From contig CAZBBK010000060.1 of the NCBI GenBank assembly GCA_964490075.1, positions 1 through 38,414 of the forward strand: a stretch of 38,414 nucleotides of DNA. The letters run 5' to 3'. The stretch is from an uncultured Gemmatimonadota bacterium (GTDB taxonomy: Bacteria; GCA-2686955). The notes below the pieces were generated by a model. It had not been told where the DNA came from. It did no database searches and saw only the letters and a list, made by a program, of their open reading frames with translations. Positions 34,226 to 38,414 of the stretch are shown here, in pieces. The stretch's first letter is position 1; the number at the start of each line of letters is the position of its first letter. Position numbers and translations under genes: made by a program.

Positions 34226-35893
34226 ATGTCCCCTCTTCTCCCAATCCTCGCCCTCGGCTTCGCGCTCGATGCCGCCCCCCTTCCCGACCGACCGCGCGCC
34301 GCCAAAGAGACCCACATGGTCCCCATGTCGGACGGTGTTCGTCTGGCTACCGATGTCTACTTCCCGCTCTTCGGGCAAGGCCCCTGGCCGACCCTGCTGG
34401 TGCGCACCCCCTACAACAAGAACACCGAGATCCTGGCGCCCTTGTGGCGCTTCTCGGGCTACGCGGTGGTGGTGCAGGATCTGCGCGGCCGCTTCGCCTC
34501 CGGCGGCCTCGACCGGGTCTTCATCGACGACGGTTGGGGGCTGCCGATCGACGACTGGCCGCTCCCGCGGCGGCTGCCGGGGCGAGACGGACTCGAGACA
34601 TGTCAGTGGATCGAGGCGCAGAGCTGGTGCGACGGCCATCTCGGCACCATGGGCGCGTCGGCGCTCGGCGTCGCCCAGAACTACATCGCCGGCACGCCCG
34701 ACAACGGTGTCGAATGTCAGTGGATCGCGGTCGCGTTCAGCGATCCTTACAGCCAGAACACTTACCAGGGCGGCGCCTTCCGCGAGTCGCTGGTGGAGGG
34801 TTGGCTGGAGTACCAGAACTCGATGCACATGCTGCCCCTCTACGAGAGGCATCCCCGATACGACCCGCTGTGGAGATGGACCAGCCCGGAGCAACGCGTC
34901 GAGAAGATGGAGCAACCGGCGGTGCACGTGGGCGGTTGGTACGATATTTTCTCCAAGGGCACGCTGAACGGATTCGTGACCCGTCAGGAGCGAGGCGGAG
35001 TGGGGGCACGAGCCAAGCAGAAGCTGATCATCGGTCCCTGGGCACACTATATCGGCAACCACCACGTGGGAGAGCTGACCTACCCCGGCGCCGGATTCAC
35101 GACACCTTTCGAGCTGGTCGGCAGCGACGCCGACTGGTTCGCCTACTGGCTCAAAGAAGAGCCCAACGATATCTTCGAAAAGCCGCCGATCGCCTACTAC
35201 CAGATGGGACCGACCGATCTCGCAGGCCCCTGGAACGAGTGGCGGACTCTGGAGGGCTGGCCGCCCCCTTCCGAGCCGCATGAGCTCTATCTACAGGCCA
35301 GCGGACTGCTGGCCGACACCCCACAGCCGAGCGGCCCCGCCTCGACCAGCTACCTCTTCGATCCGAACGATCCGGTGCCGACCATCGGCGGCGCCAATCT
35401 GAACATCGACATGGGACCGATGGACCAGTCGGCGGTGGAAGACCGCGACGATGTGCTGGTGTTTCGCACCGAACCCCTGGTCGAGGCGCTCGAGACGGCG
35501 GGCGAAGTATTGGTCGATCTGTGGATCTCCTCCGATGCACGCGACACCGATTTCACCGTCAAGCTGATCGACGAGTACCCCGACGGCCGCTCGATGCTGG
35601 TCTGCGACGGAGTTCTACGAGCCCGCTACAGAGATGGCTTCGCGCAAGAGAAGCTGCTGGTTCCGGGAGAGGTGGTGCCGATCACCGTCGATCTGTGGTC
35701 GACGGCGATCACCTTCGGCCCCGGCCACCGAATCGGCGTCGACGTCTCCAGCTCCAACTACCCGCGTTTCGACGTCAATCCGAACACCGGGGAGAAGATC
35801 CACCGCCACACCCACATGGTGCCGGCGACCAATGCTCTTTATCACGATGAGGCGCGGGCTTCGCGGATCGTTCTGCGCGCGACGGACCCTTAG
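34226..35893 (+). CDS. CocE/NonD-family alpha/beta hydrolase (X-Pro dipeptidyl-peptidase S15-like)
   Basis: MVPMSDGVRLATDVYFP...GPWPTLLVRTPYNK, C-terminal beta-sandwich domain. The start may instead be ATG 34316 (MVPMSDG, weak SD). The 30 aa upstream are hydrophobic but lack a positive n-region. Confidence 0.7.
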   Translation: MSPLLPILALGFALDAAPLPDRPRAAKETHMVPMSDGVRLATDVYFPLFGQGPWPTLLVRTPYNKNTEILAPLWRFSGYAVVVQDLRGRFASGGLDRVFIDDGWGLPIDDWPLPRRLPGRDGLETCQWIEAQSWCDGHLGTMGASALGVAQNYIAGTPDNGVECQWIAVAFSDPYSQNTYQGGAFRESLVEGWLEYQNSMHMLPLYERHPRYDPLWRWTSPEQRVEKMEQPAVHVGGWYDIFSKGTLNGFVTRQERGGVGARAKQKLIIGPWAHYIGNHHVGELTYPGAGFTTPFELVGSDADWFAYWLKEEPNDIFEKPPIAYYQMGPTDLAGPWNEWRTLEGWPPPSEPHELYLQASGLLADTPQPSGPASTSYLFDPNDPVPTIGGANLNIDMGPMDQSAVEDRDDVLVFRTEPLVEALETAGEVLVDLWISSDARDTDFTVKLIDEYPDGRSMLVCDGVLRARYRDGFAQEKLLVPGEVVPITVDLWSTAITFGPGHRIGVDVSSSNYPRFDVNPNTGEKIHRHTHMVPATNALYHDEARASRIVLRATDP

Positions 35894-35908
35894 CACGTGG
35901 AGGTGGCA

Positions 35909-37834
35909 TCAAACCTCCGCTCCAACCTCGCTCCGCACGCCCCCCGGAACCCCCTTCGCCGCGGCCACCGCCTCGTCCCGCAGGTCGGGATAGTCGACCA
36001 GCGCCCGCTCCATCCAGGTCAGGTCGCCGCCCATCACCTGCTGACCCAGTCGATAGGCGCGCCGATCGTTGCTGAGCCACATGCCGCGAAAGGCCGCGTT
36101 GATGCGGCGCCGGGCCGAGCCGACGAAGGTGTGAACCAACTGGACCGCCGACTCCGCGTTGGGTTGGCCGCTGACCGCCAGGCGTTGGGCCCGCGCCACC
36201 GCGGCAGCGATGGCGAAGAGCTCCATGCCGACGTCGACGGCGCGGAACAGGAATCCCTGTCGGTACTGCAGCTTGCCCTGGTGCACCAGCATTCCGTAGA
36301 AGGTCTGGCGCGCCAGGCGCCGCGAGATGCGCTCGACGTAGCGCAGGTGCTTGGCCATCGAGCCGAACTCGTGGTAGCCGTCGCCGCGCAAATTCTGTAG
36401 CCCGCGCAACCACAGTCGCGGGTACCAGCGGGCGTAGAACCTGAGCACATCGGGCAGGGCGTCGAGCTTGTCCCGATTCGACTTCTTGGGATCGATCAGG
36501 TCGCCCGCCACCTTCAGGTGGGTGTCGACCGCCTCGCGGGCGATGAACAGGTGCATCACTTCGCTGGAGCCTTCGAAGATCCGATTGATGCGGGAATCGC
36601 GCATGGTGCGCTCGCAAGGCACCGGCGCCAGCCCACGCGCCGCGAGCGACACCTCGGTCTCGTATCCGCGCCCGCCCAGGATCTGCATCGCATCGTCGGC
36701 GATGCTCCAGGCGCGCACCGCGTTCCACTCCTTGGCGCAGGCCGCCTCGAGGCGGATGTCGTAGTTGCCGCGGTCGCTCATCTCGGCCGCCAGGTCGGAG
36801 AGCGCCTCCATGGCGAAGATGGTCGCCGCCATCTCGCCGAGGCGGATGCCGATCGCTTCGTGCTCACCGATCGGCCGACCCCACTGCACGCGGCTGCCGG
36901 CCCACTGGCGACAGCCTTGCAGGGCGCGCTTGCCGGCTCCCACGCAACCTGCCGGCAGTGACAGACGCCCGGTGTTGAGGGTAGTGAGCGCGATGCGCAG
37001 CCCGGCGCCCTCCTTGCCGATGCGGTTCTCGACCGGCACCCGCACCTGGTCGAAGGAGAGCACGGCGTTGGCGAGGGCCGTCAAGCCCATGAAGCGGCAA
37101 CGATGCTCCACCTTGACACCGGGTGAGTCGGCCTCGATGACGAAAGCGCTGATCTTGTTGTCGCTGGGATGGCGCGCCATCACCACCAGGAGTTCGGCGA
37201 TGGTGCCGTTGGTGCACCACAGCTTGGTTCCGGAAACGATGTAGGCATCACCTTCTTCGCTCAGCTCGGCGGTGGTGCCGAGGCTGGCCGGGTCGGAGCC
37301 GACGTTCTGCTCGGTCAGGGCGAAGGCGGAGATCGCGCCGGCGGCACAGCGCGGCAAGAAGCGCTCTTTCTGATCTTCGGTGCCGAAGAGCTTGATCGGC
37401 TGCGGCACACCGATCGACTGGTGTGCCGAGAGCAGCGCGGCGATGTTGCCGTCCGCGCCGCCCAAGAGCTCCATGATGCGGCCGTACTCGAGCTGCGAGA
37501 GGCCATGGCCGCCGTACTCGGCGGGGATCTTGAGCCCGAAGGCGCCCAGCTCCTTCAAGCCCTCGATCACCTCGGCCGGGTACTCGCCGCTGCGGTCGAT
37601 CTCGACCGAATCGACCTGCTCGCGCATGAAGCGTTCGAAGCGAGCCTGGAGCTCTTCGAACTCCGGCCGCTCGCGCTGCTCATCGACCGGGTAGGGATGA
37701 ACCAGGTCGAGGCGCAACGAGCCCAGGAAGAGTTCCTTCAAGAAGCTCGGCTGCTTCCACTCTTTCTCGCGAGCTTCCTCGGCGACCTGCCGGGACTGCT
37801 CCTCTCCCGTGAGCTGGGCTGGACGGTCGGACAC
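35909..37834 (-). CDS. long-form acyl-CoA dehydrogenase (FadE-like, with C-terminal helical extension)
   Basis: ACAD N, middle and C domains (AFALTEQNVGSDPAS, GTKLWCTNG, RINRIFEGSSEV). GTG start with strong SD GAGGAG. Confidence 0.85.
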   Translation of the reverse strand: MSDRPAQLTGEEQSRQVAEEAREKEWKQPSFLKELFLGSLRLDLVHPYPVDEQRERPEFEELQARFERFMREQVDSVEIDRSGEYPAEVIEGLKELGAFGLKIPAEYGGHGLSQLEYGRIMELLGGADGNIAALLSAHQSIGVPQPIKLFGTEDQKERFLPRCAAGAISAFALTEQNVGSDPASLGTTAELSEEGDAYIVSGTKLWCTNGTIAELLVVMARHPSDNKISAFVIEADSPGVKVEHRCRFMGLTALANAVLSFDQVRVPVENRIGKEGAGLRIALTTLNTGRLSLPAGCVGAGKRALQGCRQWAGSRVQWGRPIGEHEAIGIRLGEMAATIFAMEALSDLAAEMSDRGNYDIRLEAACAKEWNAVRAWSIADDAMQILGGRGYETEVSLAARGLAPVPCERTMRDSRINRIFEGSSEVMHLFIAREAVDTHLKVAGDLIDPKKSNRDKLDALPDVLRFYARWYPRLWLRGLQNLRGDGYHEFGSMAKHLRYVERISRRLARQTFYGMLVHQGKLQYRQGFLFRAVDVGMELFAIAAAVARAQRLAVSGQPNAESAVQLVHTFVGSARRRINAAFRGMWLSNDRRAYRLGQQVMGGDLTWMERALVDYPDLRDEAVAAAKGVPGGVRSEVGAEV

Positions 37835-37957
37835 GGTGTACTCCTCGGTGGTTCGATTCGGCGGCTCGAGAGCCTGGGACGTCGCGTTCCGAGGTGGGTG
37901 GCGAGTCGCGCTTGCTGGGAGCGAGCCATCCTACAACACCGGGGAAGCCGCTAGTTC

Positions 37958-38088
37958 GGGCGTTTCGATATGGCGCTTCTCGGGCGACGCACTCCGCGAG
38001 GAACCGCGGGCCCAGCGGGAGTCCGCGGGCCTTCGGGGCTCCATGCGCGGTTGGGGGGATGTTCTCGACAGCGCTTCTTCGCGTGCCG
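37958..38088. repeat. copy 2 (inverted) of the ~130-bp repeated element seen at 3283..3428
   Basis: About 85% identity to the reverse complement of copy 1. Flanking 17-bp direct repeats TCGATATGGCGCTTCTCG and TCGACAGCGCTTCTTCG. A short direct-orientation fragment (CCCCTGATC...CCAATC) recurs at 38127-38166. Confidence 0.55.
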
Positions 38089-38296
38089 CTGCCTCTGCCC
38101 TGTAGCGTTTCTCCCAGCCTGGCTGGAGCCCCTGATCAGGGATGATCCAGTCAGGCCAGGCCAATCCGCCGGGAGCCACCTTTCATGCTCAGCGCTTCGA
38201 GCGCCGGTACAGGGGTGACCCGACCATCGCGGCGGCCTTGTCTGTGCGTTGCAGCAAGGAGTTGGGTATGGAAGAGACGAATGTGTCGCGGAGCCG

Positions 38297-38414
38297 ATGG
38301 TGGTCGAGCTTCGGGAGTGGTCGCGGATGACCGAGCAGCTGCGGCGCTACTACCCGCAGACCCTGCGCTTCGATCCCGATCTCGGGACGGACTGGTTCCC
38401 ACGCCGGAGCGCGT
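38297..38414 (+). CDS. 5' end of an unidentified gene running off the window (MVVELREWSRMTEQLRRYYPQTLRFDPDLGTDWF...)
   Basis: Strong G/C third-position bias. Preceded by a 20-codon mini-ORF that has its own AAGGAG SD. Confidence 0.35.
   Translation, partial: MVVELREWSRMTEQLRRYYPQTLRFDPDLGTDWFPRRSA

Noticed and set aside
33337-35283. 648-aa plus-strand ORF and 428-aa minus-strand ORF spanning the aroK-fusion and CocE/NonD genes
   Set aside because: They cross an intergenic region and run antisense to conserved genes. Low-complexity translations.
35775-36728. 317-aa minus-strand ORF overlapping the acyl-CoA dehydrogenase
   Set aside because: Alternative frame of the ACAD gene. Gly/Arg/Pro-rich.
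1-38414. CRISPR arrays, rRNA or tRNA genes, IS transposases
   Set aside because: No regularly spaced direct repeats with unique spacers were seen. No intergenic region has tRNA-like acceptor or T-arm features or rRNA-like conservation. No DDE or HUH transposase motifs were recognised. The only mobile-element-like gene is the integrase.

Overview
38.4-kb segment of a very GC-rich bacterial chromosome; third codon positions are overwhelmingly G/C, which is why all six frames contain long spurious ORFs. I call about 33 real protein-coding genes from conserved motifs, Shine-Dalgarno sequences and codon bias. I could not recognise any rRNA, tRNA or CRISPR array by eye.

Left end, 1-4.5 kb: a lower-GC accessory patch. 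It starts with an integron-type integrase (intI). The IntI-specific insertion is present and the catalytic residues look intact, but there is no stop codon at the usual C-terminus, so the frame runs about 215 aa further. Upstream of intI, on the same strand, are three small genes: a 131-aa protein with a Cys pair, a decayed higB toxin remnant fused in frame to an intact higA antitoxin, and a DUF1016/YhcG N-domain fragment that lacks its PD-(D/E)xK nuclease half. No canonical attI or attC sites were found.

Core region, in order:
- a GAF-domain sigma54 activator plus a VOC protein, divergent from ahpC-sodB. The ahpC-sodB operon carries a near-consensus sigma54 (-24/-12) promoter and a triple-repeat candidate enhancer.
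- GTP-dependent pckG.
- a five-gene, translationally coupled envelope-glycoconjugate operon: an alkaline-phosphatase-superfamily lipoprotein with T-x-P-x-H at the sulfatase active-site position, a polytopic GT-C-like membrane protein, a GT2 polyprenyl-phosphate glycosyltransferase, a SAM methyltransferase, and a secreted BNR/Asp-box double-propeller protein.
- glgP plus a second GT2.
- an EF-hand protein, an MBOAT acyltransferase, an acetyl-CoA hydrolase/transferase, and an FGE-family lipoprotein.
- a GntR-SPFH operon with a perfect 16-bp AT-rich palindromic operator.
- a 220-bp mosaic of nested inverted and direct repeats.
- a methyltransferase, topoisomerase-IV-like B and A subunits, an HTH-shikimate-kinase fusion, a CocE/NonD hydrolase and an acyl-CoA dehydrogenase.

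A roughly 130-bp element is present twice in inverted orientation, at 3.3 kb and at 38.0 kb. In each case it sits upstream of a minus-strand gene.

Most worth a second look: the non-canonical integrase island, the inverted 130-bp repeat pair, the 27.6-27.8 kb palindromic mosaic, and the sigma54-driven ahpC-sodB module.
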